Assembly (NCBI GenBank): GCA_965662845.1 | Contig: CBFIJD010000004.1 | Span: 33,281-97,280 of the forward strand | Length of the DNA stretch: 64,000 nt | Reading direction: 5' to 3' | DNA from: an uncultured bacterium | Lineage (GTDB): Bacteria > SAR324 > NAC60-12 | In this document: one piece after another, positions 46,176 through 56,043 of the stretch | How the letters are laid out: every line of letters begins with the position of its first letter | Position numbering within the stretch: the first letter of the stretch is position 1 | The notes under the pieces: model-generated | Seen by the model: only the letters and a program-made list of their open reading frames with translations | Told to the model about the DNA's origin: nothing | The model's database searches: none | Made by a program: the position numbers and the translations under genes

Positions 46176-46463
46176 ATGCACCAAACACAGGATTGGTATG
46201 GCTTGGGGTGGGCAGTTTTTCGGGCGGAGGGACGGGGCATTGGGGAGGAGTATTTGCCTCCTTTAAAAAACACGGAGGCGCAGGCGGAGTGGCTCGCAGG
46301 GTTCCTCGCGGCGCGCATCGACCAACCAGAGACGCCTCACTGGGGAATCTCTCCGCCTCGCTCGGCTCTCACGGAGCTAGAGAGCGCGCTGGCAGACTTC
46401 CCCCAGTGTTTGGAAGCGCTCCGGCAGACCTTTCGGCGCGAAGGCTGGCTGGAGGGAGTTTAA
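46176..46463 (+). CDS. Hypothetical protein (95 aa)
   Basis: AGGGG RBS-like sequence, ATG 46176; coding-like sequence. Confidence 0.6.
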   Translation: MHQTQDWYGLGWAVFRAEGRGIGEEYLPPLKNTEAQAEWLAGFLAARIDQPETPHWGISPPRSALTELESALADFPQCLEALRQTFRREGWLEGV

Positions 46464-46783
46464 GACGCTTGGGGCATCAACCGCTTCAGTGACTCTTCTA
46501 ACTGCGGAGCCATGCTCTCGGCCATCCCGAAAGACTCGGAAGACGCAACACGGAACTGCTCATTCATGGCCCGCATGACCGCATACGTGTCGGCCAACAC
46601 TTTGGTCTGTACTTCGCGGATGATCGGCAGATACATCTGCAAACCTGGAATGTTCTCTAGGCTCTGGTAGCTCAACTCCAAAATCTGCTTGTTTAGCTCC
46701 TCATTTACATCCACGCCTTGATCTGCGTAGTCCTGCATCATTCTGTACACGTTTCGGGTCGTATCAATGATATTTTGCTGCAT
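46460..46783 (-). CDS. Small helical protein, paralogue of 32551-32829
   Basis: GGAG RBS; 22 identities in an 85-residue ungapped alignment counted by hand. Confidence 0.78.
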   Translation of the reverse strand: MQQNIIDTTRNVYRMMQDYADQGVDVNEELNKQILELSYQSLENIPGLQMYLPIIREVQTKVLADTYAVMRAMNEQFRVASSESFGMAESMAPQLEESLKRLMPQAS

Positions 46784-46855
46784 TTGAGTTCTCCAAGAAG
46801 GGGGAAGAAGGGTGCACTGATCTTATGGAAAGAGACGATAATATGATTTTTGTCG

Positions 46856-46875
46856 AATTGCAAGTAAAATTGCAA
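46856..46875. promoter_or_regulatory. Putative operator AATTGCAA-N4-AATTGCAA
   Basis: aattgcaa gtaa aattgcaa, ~73 bp upstream of the 46783 start. Confidence 0.55.
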
Positions 46876-46919
46876 AAAACTCCCATTCCACCTAACTAAA
46901 AGCGCCGATCTGTGAACAT

Positions 46920-47456
46920 TTACAGATAAGGAAGCGCCATCGCCCAGGCCGCCAAGGTCATCCCATCCCAAATTTCCCGCGCCTGCACCATCCCACGAAA
47001 GGCTTCCGCAGACACGCTGGCAACTTCAAACTCTTCTGTCACATCTCCTGCGCGTGGGTTGGGTTGCAATTCGGTAGCGAGGTAGACCGAGCACAGTTCA
47101 TCCACGACGCCATTGCAAGGATTGAAGACCCCGATCGCTGTCAAGTTTTTCGCTTCACAGCCGGTTTCTTCGCGCAGTTCTTCCAGCGCAGTTTGTGTGA
47201 AAGAGCTGCCCACTTTCACACCACCGCAGGGAAACTCCCAGCTCTCGCGATCGTTGAGGTAGCGATACTGCTTCACGAGCATCAGCTTGCCCGCTGGATT
47301 CAGAGGCACAACCATGCTGGAGCCGCGCGTGTGTACGTAATGATATTCTCGCGAGACCCCATCTCCGATTTCAAAATGGCGCAAGCGATATTCCCACCAC
47401 GGGTTCTCTGCCACGAGCTGTTCATCGAGTGTCTTCCAGTGTTTCAGAGTATTCAT
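46920..47456 (-). CDS. NUDIX hydrolase (ADP-ribose pyrophosphatase-like)
   Basis: LVKQYRY, Nudix box EFPCGG......QTALEELREETG. Confidence 0.88.
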   Translation of the reverse strand: MNTLKHWKTLDEQLVAENPWWEYRLRHFEIGDGVSREYHYVHTRGSSMVVPLNPAGKLMLVKQYRYLNDRESWEFPCGGVKVGSSFTQTALEELREETGCEAKNLTAIGVFNPCNGVVDELCSVYLATELQPNPRAGDVTEEFEVASVSAEAFRGMVQAREIWDGMTLAAWAMALPYL

Positions 47457-47582
47457 TGGGGTGCTTTTTATCTGTGTTGCCTAAGATACAATCGCATTGC
47501 GATTGCGTGGAAGGGGTGGTTTGTTAGCGGGATTGTTCTCATCCGCCCGTAACTTCCAGAAGCTTATCACCCCCAGATTTGT

Positions 47583-50500
47583 ATGCTCCTGCGACGTATC
47601 CAAGCCAGCTCAATGAGCCTGAAGTGGAAGGTCCTCTGGCTGACCTCAGGCTTCCTCGCTCTTGGCGTTCTCACGCCCAGTCTCATCATCTCGCTCTACC
47701 TCTACCAGAAAGCGCAAACCGAGCAAGAGACCTTCTGGAAAAATCGCTACCAAGCCGAAGAGGCTCACCTGCGGCAACTCACCGACACGGTGGTCTCTAC
47801 GCTCCAGCAAGAGCACGCCCAGCTCCAACACCCCGAGCGCTTCCGCCAAATAGTAGAAGCCGAACTCCGACCGACGCTTGAGATCGCTTTTGCCCTCGTG
47901 CAGGAGCTCCACACCGAGAATCGCTCCACAGCGGCTTCTTTTTCCCCTGATGAAGCAATCGAGCACAGCGGGGCGATGTCTGTTTTGCGCAAAATGCACG
48001 GCATTCTGGGCAATGAGAATTACCTCTGGATTCACCAGTTTAACCCCCAAGACCTCAGCTCTGGCGTCCTGCTGATGCACCCTCAACTGCGTCACTTAGA
48101 AGGGACTGATCTCAAGACCTTTCGGGCACCGAATGGCTGGTTTTCGCCCGCGCTCGGCAGCAACGTTGGAGAGACCTTTGTAGAGGTGATGAATCACACC
48201 GTCGCGCAACAGGAAGAAGGCTTGGTGCGCTACCTTTGGCCCGTGGAACAACCCAACGGTGAGGTCAAAATGGAAGAGAAATGGAGCCTTGTGCGCATCT
48301 TCCGTCCGTGGAATTGGGTCATCGGTATCGGAATCTTGCGCTCTGACTTGGAGCAAATCATCCAGCGCGCTGCGCTCCAACAAATTCGTGGGCTCCGCTT
48401 TGGAGAAAACCTCCAAGACTACTTTTGGGTGCACTCTTACGACAAAGCTCGTCTCGACAACCCCATCTTGCTCATGCACCCCGCGCTACCAGCCTTAGAA
48501 GGCTCCGACCTCTCAACCTACGCCTATCCAACAGGGCCCCGCAAAGGGCAACTGGTGCTGGCGCGGGATGTCCCCGGAGAGGTGCCCTTCGTCGTGCACA
48601 TGAACCGCCTCGCTAGCGTAGACGGCGAAGGCTTTGTGGAATACGACTGGCCGCACACAGAAGACAACAGCACTTTCGAGCATGTCCCCAAGCTAGGATA
48701 TGTGCGCTTGTTTGAGCCGTGGAACTGGGTCATTGGCACTGGGAGCCATCTCCATGCCTTAGAGACAGAAGCCGCGCAGCACGCAGCGTCCGCCCGCCAA
48801 GAGCTGCAAGTCATCTTGGGAGTGGTGGCCGTGACCGTCCTCGTGCTGCTGCTGATGGGCGTTGGCGCCAGCTGGTTCCTCTCACAGTTTCTGGTTGCGC
48901 CTGTCCGCCGTTTGGAGCGATTTGCACGAGAACTGCGCGCCGATGCGCTCTATCAGCGGGTAGAAATCGAACAACACGATGAGATCGGTGAGCTGGCCGA
49001 AGCGATGAACTCCATGCTCGAACGCATGGACCGCGCGCACATTCAGGAAGAACTCGCCTTGCAGCGGCTGCGAGACACCGACCGACAGCGCGACGAGTTC
49101 TTGTCCATCACCTCCGGCGAGCTGCGGCAACCGCTCGATGGCATCATCGGCTTAGGCGGGATTCTCTTGGCAGGCAGCGCAGGCCCTCTGCCCCCGCTGG
49201 CTGAACGCAATGTCTCGATGATGGTGCACAGCGCCAGACGCCTCACCAATCTGGTGCACAATCTCATCGACTTTAGCCTGCTGAAAAACAAAGAGCTGCG
49301 CCTGCAACCACGGGCTCTGCCTCTGCGCCCGATGGTGCAGCTGGTGTTCAGCCTGAGCAGCCAACTCGCGCACGAGAAAAACCTCGCGCTCATCAACGAC
49401 GTCTCCCCTAGCACCTTCCCCGTGAACGCCGACAAAGAGCGGCTCCAACAAATCTTGCTGAACCTTGTCAGCAACGCGATCAAGTTCACAGCCCAAGGGA
49501 ACGTGCGCGTCTCCGCCGAGCTGCACCAAGGCATGATGGAAATCTTGGTGAGTGACACCGGCGTGGGCATTTCTCCAGAAAAGCAAGCCCTCCTCTTGCG
49601 CTCTTCTCTCGATGACACACGCCAGATCACCGCCTCAGAGGCCAACACCAACAAAGTCCGTGGCATCGGGCTGATTATCACGCGACAACTGGTCGAGCTG
49701 CACGGAGGAGTGCTCTCCGTGGAGTCCACGCTCGGCCAAGGCTCCACTTTCCGTTTCACCCTCCCGTTGGCCAGCGAACACACGGCGCTCCAAACCTTCG
49801 ATAGCAGCCAACAGCCCACCTTGGCTCATGAACAAGAAGTCGCCCGCGTCGTCTCCGCACGTCAGACCCAAGCTGAGTCCTCTGGCGTGAGACCCGCGGC
49901 CATCTCCGCTGAGATCTTAGAACAAGTTGAAAGCAGTGACCTCGCCGCCGCCAGCGCAGAAGCCCGCATTTTGATCCTGGAAGATGACCCCGTGAACCAG
50001 CAGCTCTTAGAGAACTACATGAAGCTGCAACATTACCAAGTGGACAAAGCCTTCAGCGGTGAAGAAGGCCTCCGACAACTGGAAGAAGCCACCCAAGCTG
50101 GCAAGGACTATGACCTCGTTTTGCTCAGCGCCATCCTGCCGCACATGACCGGCTATGACTTCTGTCGCCAACTCCGTGAAGAATTTGGCCCGCACGAGCT
50201 GCCCGTGATTCTGCTGACCTCCGACAGCAAGGTCTCTGATCTCGTGACCGCCTTTGAGGCCGGCGCGAACGACTACCTCACCAAGCCCTTTGTCAAAGAA
50301 GAGCTGCTGGTTCGCGTGATGAACCTCATCCAACTCACCCGCCTGCATCGCTCCCTCCGAGACAGCGAAGCGGACTTGCGCAACCTCAACAGCGAACTAG
50401 AGCAGCTCAACCGCGAATTAGAAGCGCGGGTTCTGAAGCGCACTCAAGAATTGGAGACGGCCTTCCATCAACAAAAAGAGCTCAATATCCAGTTGCAGAG

Positions 50501-51491
50501 CACGCAGGAACAGCTCGTCCTCTCTGAGAAGATGGCCGCCCTTGGGCAGCTCGTGGCTAATGTCGCGCATGAGGTCAACACTCCGCTCGGCGCAATCCGC
50601 TCTTCCTCCGAGGGGCTGTTAGAGACGCTGCCCGAAGTTTTGCAAAAGCTGCCCGAGTTCTTCCGGTTGCTGCCCGCCGAGTTGGTCCCTGTGCTGCAAA
50701 AGCTGTTAGAAGACGCGCTGCACGCCCAGCGCAATCTAAGCTCTCGCGAAGAGCGCAAACTGCGCAAAGAGCTGCGCAAAGAGCTGGAAGCGCGCTATGG
50801 CGAAGAGGCCACATTTCTCGCTGAACACTTGGTGAGTATGGGCCTGCGCGAGTGGGAGCCGTATCAGCTCTTGTGGGAGCACTCCCTGCGCCGAGAGTTG
50901 ATGCAGATGGCGTATCGCCTGTCGCAGTTTCAGCGCAGTGTGCAGCTGATTTTCACCGCAACCGAAAAAGCTGCGAAGGTCGTCTATGCGCTCAAAATCT
51001 ACTCCCGCGCCGGATCACAAACCGAATTGACCCAAGTTCAGTTGGTCGACGGCATCGAAACCGTCCTGACGATCTTTCACAACCAACTGAAGAAAGGCGT
51101 TGAGGTCATCCGCGAATTTGAAGACGTGCCCCCGGTGCAGTGCTTTGAGGACGAACTCAACCAAGTCTGGACCAATCTGATCCAAAACGCGCTACAGGCG
51201 ATGCAATACCAAGGAGAGCTGCGCATTGGCCTGCAGCAGCAGGGGCCAGACCTGCTTATACACATCAGCGACAACGGCCCAGGCATCTCACCCGAAGTGC
51301 AAGCGCGGATCTTTGAGCCCTTTTTCACCACCAAAAAAGCGGGGGAAGGGAGCGGTCTTGGCCTCGACATCGTGCGCAAAATTGTGCGCAAGCATTACGG
51401 AGAGATTTCAGTGCAAAGTGAACCAGGAGCCACGACCTTCACGGTGCGGCTGCCCTTAGATTTGGCCGCCCGCATCGAGAGCGCCAATTGA
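47583..51491 (+). CDS. Hybrid sensor kinase: tandem Cache domains-TM-HAMP-pseudo-HisKA/HATPase-pseudo-REC-HisKA/HATPase
   Basis: Two YxWxH...LLMHP...PWNWVIG repeats; HAMP DEIGELA; SGELRQPL (no His); NLVSNAIKFT; REC DLVLLSAILP (no Asp); VAHEVNTPL; NQVWTNLIQNA; FFTTK..GEGSGLGL. Confidence 0.9.
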   Translation: MLLRRIQASSMSLKWKVLWLTSGFLALGVLTPSLIISLYLYQKAQTEQETFWKNRYQAEEAHLRQLTDTVVSTLQQEHAQLQHPERFRQIVEAELRPTLEIAFALVQELHTENRSTAASFSPDEAIEHSGAMSVLRKMHGILGNENYLWIHQFNPQDLSSGVLLMHPQLRHLEGTDLKTFRAPNGWFSPALGSNVGETFVEVMNHTVAQQEEGLVRYLWPVEQPNGEVKMEEKWSLVRIFRPWNWVIGIGILRSDLEQIIQRAALQQIRGLRFGENLQDYFWVHSYDKARLDNPILLMHPALPALEGSDLSTYAYPTGPRKGQLVLARDVPGEVPFVVHMNRLASVDGEGFVEYDWPHTEDNSTFEHVPKLGYVRLFEPWNWVIGTGSHLHALETEAAQHAASARQELQVILGVVAVTVLVLLLMGVGASWFLSQFLVAPVRRLERFARELRADALYQRVEIEQHDEIGELAEAMNSMLERMDRAHIQEELALQRLRDTDRQRDEFLSITSGELRQPLDGIIGLGGILLAGSAGPLPPLAERNVSMMVHSARRLTNLVHNLIDFSLLKNKELRLQPRALPLRPMVQLVFSLSSQLAHEKNLALINDVSPSTFPVNADKERLQQILLNLVSNAIKFTAQGNVRVSAELHQGMMEILVSDTGVGISPEKQALLLRSSLDDTRQITASEANTNKVRGIGLIITRQLVELHGGVLSVESTLGQGSTFRFTLPLASEHTALQTFDSSQQPTLAHEQEVARVVSARQTQAESSGVRPAAISAEILEQVESSDLAAASAEARILILEDDPVNQQLLENYMKLQHYQVDKAFSGEEGLRQLEEATQAGKDYDLVLLSAILPHMTGYDFCRQLREEFGPHELPVILLTSDSKVSDLVTAFEAGANDYLTKPFVKEELLVRVMNLIQLTRLHRSLRDSEADLRNLNSELEQLNRELEARVLKRTQELETAFHQQKELNIQLQSTQEQLVLSEKMAALGQLVANVAHEVNTPLGAIRSSSEGLLETLPEVLQKLPEFFRLLPAELVPVLQKLLEDALHAQRNLSSREERKLRKELRKELEARYGEEATFLAEHLVSMGLREWEPYQLLWEHSLRRELMQMAYRLSQFQRSVQLIFTATEKAAKVVYALKIYSRAGSQTELTQVQLVDGIETVLTIFHNQLKKGVEVIREFEDVPPVQCFEDELNQVWTNLIQNALQAMQYQGELRIGLQQQGPDLLIHISDNGPGISPEVQARIFEPFFTTKKAGEGSGLGLDIVRKIVRKHYGEISVQSEPGATTFTVRLPLDLAARIESAN

Positions 51492-51551
51492 CTTTGCCGC
51501 GTTTCTGCTGCACGTTGATGCGCTTCTTTATCTCCTCCATGCAAGCCACAC

Positions 51552-53024
51552 ATGAACGCTGCCGAACGCCTGCGACAACTCATCTCTGAACTACGCGCGG
51601 CCTCACCTCACCCTGCCCCCTCTTCTGCACCGCACACCTCCGGATCTCCTTTCGCACAATGCTTACAGCGGCTTGATTTTGAAGCCGAGCAGCCTCGGCC
51701 GCGCGCTTTGGTGATCGAAGGCCCAGCCGGCAGCGGGAAGAGCACGCTGCTGCAGAGGTGGAAGGCGCAACGCTCCGGCCCAGTCTGGTTGGTCAAGGGG
51801 TCCCAGCCGCTCTTAGAATTGGAGACCACTCCTGCCGAGATCTGGATTTGGGAAGACCTTGATGTGTGGCTGCACGCAACGTCACATGCACTGGAGACCG
51901 TGCTCTCCGTGTTGCAGCTGATGCATCAGCGCAGGTCTCTTTTGCTGGCGACCGCGCGCAACGCTGAGTTTTTCCCCAGTGTGCTGTGGGGCGCTGAGCG
52001 CTTCCAGCCGTTGTGCCGCTTGTCCCTCCCTTCGGCATCTGAACGCTTGCAGTGGTTTCAAACCGAATCGAACGCGCTTCAGATGGGCGACGACGCTCAA
52101 CCTTCTCAGTGGGCCGCGCGCACCGCAGGCTGGAGCTGGAGTGACCTGCACGCGTGGCGACAAGATTTCCTGTGGCAAAGAACCCTCGCTCCAGCCCAGT
52201 CACCCGCACAGGTCGCGACCGCTTCCATGCAGCAAATACGGGTCGCTTCTCACCCCGCTCTGCAGACTCAGCCCCTTGAAGAGCTGCCGCGCTTGGTCGG
52301 TGTAGAAGAGTTGCAGCAGCAGCTTTTAGACTGGGCAGATTGGTCGCTGAACGTTCCTCAGTCGCTGCGCGAGAGTGGCGTCCGCTTACCCGCAGGTGTG
52401 TTGCTCGTGGGCGCGCCGGGTTCAGGCAAAACCCAGCTCGTCCGCTGGGTCGCCGCCCAACGTCAGCTGCCGCTACTCTGCCTGCAAGGTGGCGTACTGC
52501 TGAGCGCGTCTCACCCAGCGCCCCTGCTCCAAGACGCTTGCCAACTCGCGCAGCAACAGGCCCCCGCGCTCTTGCTGTGTGATGACTTAGATTTGTGGCT
52601 GCCTGCACGCCATGAAGGAGGCTCCGCCGAGTTGTTGCTGCAATTCTTGACCGAGCTGGAGCGGCTTCACGCTCAACATGGGCTGCTGCTGATCGCGACC
52701 TCAAACCGCCCCGACCGCTTAGATGAAGCGCTGCTGCGTCCCCAACGCCTAGAAGACATTTTAGAGATCCCAGCCTTGCGCAAAGGCGACCGCCATAAGT
52801 TGCTCGCGCATTTTCTACAAGACCTCGCGCTCGCTAGAAATGTGAGCGTGGACCTGCTGGCCGAAGAGACCGACAACTTCAGCGGCGCCGAAATCGAGGC
52901 GCTGTGTCAGCAAGCCGTCCGCTTGGCGCTGCGGCGTGCGGTGAAACAACCCCAAGCGCAAGAGATCCTCCTCACCCGCAACGACTTCCGGTTAGCGCTA
53001 CAGCAGCTGAGCACGGATGGCTAA
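51552..53024 (+). CDS. Two-module AAA+ ATPase (CDC48/FtsH-like clade), degenerate
   Basis: GPAGSGKS and GAPGSGKT Walker A motifs; ATSNRPDRLDEALLRPQR second region of homology; FSGAEIEALC. Confidence 0.75.
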   Translation: MNAAERLRQLISELRAASPHPAPSSAPHTSGSPFAQCLQRLDFEAEQPRPRALVIEGPAGSGKSTLLQRWKAQRSGPVWLVKGSQPLLELETTPAEIWIWEDLDVWLHATSHALETVLSVLQLMHQRRSLLLATARNAEFFPSVLWGAERFQPLCRLSLPSASERLQWFQTESNALQMGDDAQPSQWAARTAGWSWSDLHAWRQDFLWQRTLAPAQSPAQVATASMQQIRVASHPALQTQPLEELPRLVGVEELQQQLLDWADWSLNVPQSLRESGVRLPAGVLLVGAPGSGKTQLVRWVAAQRQLPLLCLQGGVLLSASHPAPLLQDACQLAQQQAPALLLCDDLDLWLPARHEGGSAELLLQFLTELERLHAQHGLLLIATSNRPDRLDEALLRPQRLEDILEIPALRKGDRHKLLAHFLQDLALARNVSVDLLAEETDNFSGAEIEALCQQAVRLALRRAVKQPQAQEILLTRNDFRLALQQLSTDG

Positions 53025-54492
53025 CGGCTCCTCTCGGCTCCTGCAACGTCACTGGCGCCCCACTCTGTTCGCCAAGGTGTTTTTGGCGCTGCTGCTCAAC
53101 GCGCTGCTGCTGCTGCTGCTCATGGGTCTGGGCGTGCGGTGGCAAGTGAAGCAGGAGTTTCATCGCTTCTTACGGCAACAAGAATCCGGGCGACTGAGCT
53201 ATCTGAAACAAGAGCTCGAGACCGCTTACGCGCGCAGAGGCGCATGGGAGTTCTTGCGAGACAACCCGCGAGAGTGGCACGACTTTCTGCAGCGAGCCTT
53301 GCGAACAGCCATCTTGCAAGGAGAACGGCCTCCTAGAGCCCCTAGGAAAGAGCCGAGGCTGCGCTTTCCAAAAGCAGGCCTTCCCCCGATGTCGTGGGCG
53401 CGTGGTCTTGTTCTGCGGGATGCTTCCGGCGCCGTCGTGATCGGCAAGTCGACCCGACAACGCCGCCCGATGCTGGAGCTTCCCATCCTGCAAGCGGGGA
53501 GGGTTGTGGGGCGGCTGGAGTGGTACACCACAACTCGCCCGGCGACCCTGCGCTTCTTAGAGCGAAACCTTGAGCTGTTGTGGTGGCTAGGAGGCGGATT
53601 GTTGGCCTTCTCTACGTTGGTTGCGTGGGGGTTTTCGCGCTATCTGCTCCGGCCCATGCACGCCCTGCAAGCGGGCACGCAAGCGCTGCAACAGCGGCAA
53701 TTTGAGCACCGCATTCGGGTGACGTCACGCGATGAGCTGGGAGCGCTCGCGGTCGCCTTCAACCAGATGGCGGCTCATTTACAAGAGTTTGAGCAGCAGC
53801 GGCAGCAATGGCTGAGCGACACCGCTCATGAGCTGCGCACGCCGCTGGCCATCCTGCAAGGTGAGATCGAGGCGATGCAAGACGGGGTGCGTGCCCTTGA
53901 TGCGGAGCAACTGCGCTCTCTGCATGAGGAGGTGTCTCACTTGCAGCGCATTGTGGAAGATTTGCGGCTGATCAATCATCTGGAGATTGGGCGGCTGTCT
54001 CTGGAACGTCAGCCCACTGACCTCGCCGAGGTACTACGTTCGACCCAGATGATGATCCAGCCTCGCATGCAGGAGGCGGGCATCTTGTGGCAAGCGAACT
54101 CGGCCAACTGGCCCACGTGTTTTGTCCATGTTGATGTGCAGCGCTTGCGGCAGGTGCTGTTAAATTTGCTCGACAACATCCTTCACTATGCCCCACAAAG
54201 CACGGTTCAACTCCAGATGTTTTGTCAGCCGCATTCCGCAGCGATCATCTTAGAAGACACGGGGCCCGGGGTTCCGACCGAAGCGTTGCCGCGCTTGTTT
54301 GACCGCTTTTACCGCGTGGATGCCTCTCGCAATCGGCAACGCGGAGGCACAGGTCTCGGGTTGGCGATCTGTAGAGAGTTGATTGAAAGCCACGGGGGAG
54401 CCATTCGCGCAGAAGCCGTCACCCCTCACGGCCTGCGTCTTCGGATCGAGTTACCGCGTGCTCCGGCAGAGTCTCTGGAGAAGGAGGTGTGA
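53017..54492 (+). CDS. BaeS-like membrane sensor histidine kinase
   Basis: 2 TM, HAMP (RDELGAL), DTAHELRTPL, NLLDN, DTGPG, LFDRFYR, GGTGLGLAI. Confidence 0.92.
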   Translation: MANGSSRLLQRHWRPTLFAKVFLALLLNALLLLLLMGLGVRWQVKQEFHRFLRQQESGRLSYLKQELETAYARRGAWEFLRDNPREWHDFLQRALRTAILQGERPPRAPRKEPRLRFPKAGLPPMSWARGLVLRDASGAVVIGKSTRQRRPMLELPILQAGRVVGRLEWYTTTRPATLRFLERNLELLWWLGGGLLAFSTLVAWGFSRYLLRPMHALQAGTQALQQRQFEHRIRVTSRDELGALAVAFNQMAAHLQEFEQQRQQWLSDTAHELRTPLAILQGEIEAMQDGVRALDAEQLRSLHEEVSHLQRIVEDLRLINHLEIGRLSLERQPTDLAEVLRSTQMMIQPRMQEAGILWQANSANWPTCFVHVDVQRLRQVLLNLLDNILHYAPQSTVQLQMFCQPHSAAIILEDTGPGVPTEALPRLFDRFYRVDASRNRQRGGTGLGLAICRELIESHGGAIRAEAVTPHGLRLRIELPRAPAESLEKEV

Positions 54493-55026
54493 GTGCGAAG
54501 TTTACTGTTGCTGTTGCTGATCTCCCTACACATGCCACCGTGTGGATGGGCCGATGACTTTGCGCTGTTCAGCGTGGATGGCTATCGCCTTCAGTCTTAT
54601 CGGTCTGCGACACCCGCGGCGGTCGAAGGCGGTACCACTCTTTCTGTGGCCGCAGCCCACCTTCTTTGGGCCTCTGACCAAGCGCTGTTTGTCAACGTCC
54701 AACCCGTCTTGTGGCGACACGGAGCATTCATCGTTCGAAAACCACTCTCGGTCATTCCGCACAGCGTCTGGCTTCCGAACGTTGGCTTTGGTGAACTCGA
54801 TCCTCTCTGGGAAGCCTATCTGCAGCACCACATCGCCCATCGGCAGGGCAAAGTGGTCTTTTATTGCACGCCCGATTGCTGGCACTCGTGGAACACCGCC
54901 AAGCGCGTCAAACAGAGCTGGCCTTGGCTCGACGTGTACTGGTTTCGTGATGGAATCGACGCGTGGCAAGAGGCCGGCTTTCCGGTTTCTCAGACCCAGA
55001 CCCCGCTGCCACTGCCCCTCAAATAA
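54493..55026 (+). CDS. Rhodanese-like CXXCW-motif protein (family usually linked to PQQ-dependent catabolism)
   Basis: YR...P....GG, IPHSVWLPNVG.G, FYCTPDCWHSWNTAKR, VYWF.DG.DAW. Confidence 0.75.
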   Translation: MRSLLLLLLISLHMPPCGWADDFALFSVDGYRLQSYRSATPAAVEGGTTLSVAAAHLLWASDQALFVNVQPVLWRHGAFIVRKPLSVIPHSVWLPNVGFGELDPLWEAYLQHHIAHRQGKVVFYCTPDCWHSWNTAKRVKQSWPWLDVYWFRDGIDAWQEAGFPVSQTQTPLPLPLK

Positions 55027-55059
55027 CTGTTTTTTTTCAACCTTTTACAACGCAAGCAC

Positions 55060-56043
55060 ATGGACATTTTTGTTTCGACGGCCCCGTTTGGGATCACGGA
55101 TCCGGCTCCCAGAGAGCTGCTCGACCAATCCGACTTTGCCATCGGCTACAACGAGTTTGGGCGCAAATGCAAACCGGAGGAGCTTGCCGAGATCGCGGTG
55201 GATTGTCCTGTTGTGATCGCAGGCACAGAGAATTTGTTACCGCTGATTGAACGCAGCACGAAGTTGCAGATGATCTCTCGCGTAGGCATTGGCCTCGACA
55301 GTGTCCCGCTGGAGCTGTGTCGCGAGCGCGGCATTCGTGTGAGCTATACTCCCGATGCCGTCACTATGGCGGTCGTAGAGTTGACGCTTGGGTTGATGCT
55401 CGACGCGACGCGGCGCTTTAGCGAAGCCGACCGGCGCATGCGAGAAGGAACTTGGCAACGCATCACGGGGCGCCGCTTGGAGCACTCGATCATCGGCTTG
55501 TTGGGCTTTGGGCGCATCGGTTCGCGTGTCGCTCATTTGTTAGTGCCGTTTCGTCCGGTTGAGGTGCTGGTGCACGACCAACTCGACAAATCCGCAGACA
55601 TTGAGAGACTTCGGCAGCAAGGCTTGAACGTCCGTCAAACGAGCAAAGCCGAGGTGCTGGCACAGGCGCAGATCATCTCGGTGCATGTGCCGCTGTCGCG
55701 CGCGACCAAACACTGGATTGCCCAAGCAGAGCTCTCCACGATGCGTGAAGATGCCGTCCTCATCAACACCGCGCGCGGAGGGATTCTTGATGAGGGCGCT
55801 CTGCTGCAAGCGCTGCGCGAACAACGGATTGCCGGGAGTGCCGTCGATGTGTTTGAGCAAGAGCCTTATTCAGGGCCGCTCCTCGAAATGGAAAATGTGA
55901 TTCTGACTCCTCACCAAGGTTCCTGTTCCATCGATTGTCGGCTGCGAATGGAGCGCGAGTCTGCAGAGGAAGCGTTGCGTTTTTTACGGAATGAGCCCTT
56001 ACAACAAGAAGTCCCTGAGAGCGAATACGAGTACCAGCTGTGA
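55060..56043 (+). CDS. D-isomer-specific 2-hydroxyacid (phosphoglycerate-like) dehydrogenase
   Basis: ISRVGIGLD, GLLGFGRIG, INTARGG, DVFEQEP, LTPH.GS. Confidence 0.9.
   Translation: MDIFVSTAPFGITDPAPRELLDQSDFAIGYNEFGRKCKPEELAEIAVDCPVVIAGTENLLPLIERSTKLQMISRVGIGLDSVPLELCRERGIRVSYTPDAVTMAVVELTLGLMLDATRRFSEADRRMREGTWQRITGRRLEHSIIGLLGFGRIGSRVAHLLVPFRPVEVLVHDQLDKSADIERLRQQGLNVRQTSKAEVLAQAQIISVHVPLSRATKHWIAQAELSTMREDAVLINTARGGILDEGALLQALREQRIAGSAVDVFEQEPYSGPLLEMENVILTPHQGSCSIDCRLRMERESAEEALRFLRNEPLQQEVPESEYEYQL

Noticed and set aside
50750..50790. Short tandem repeat ctgcgcaaagag
   Set aside because: It is an in-frame coding repeat (LRKE LRKE) in a helix, with nothing to suggest phase variation.
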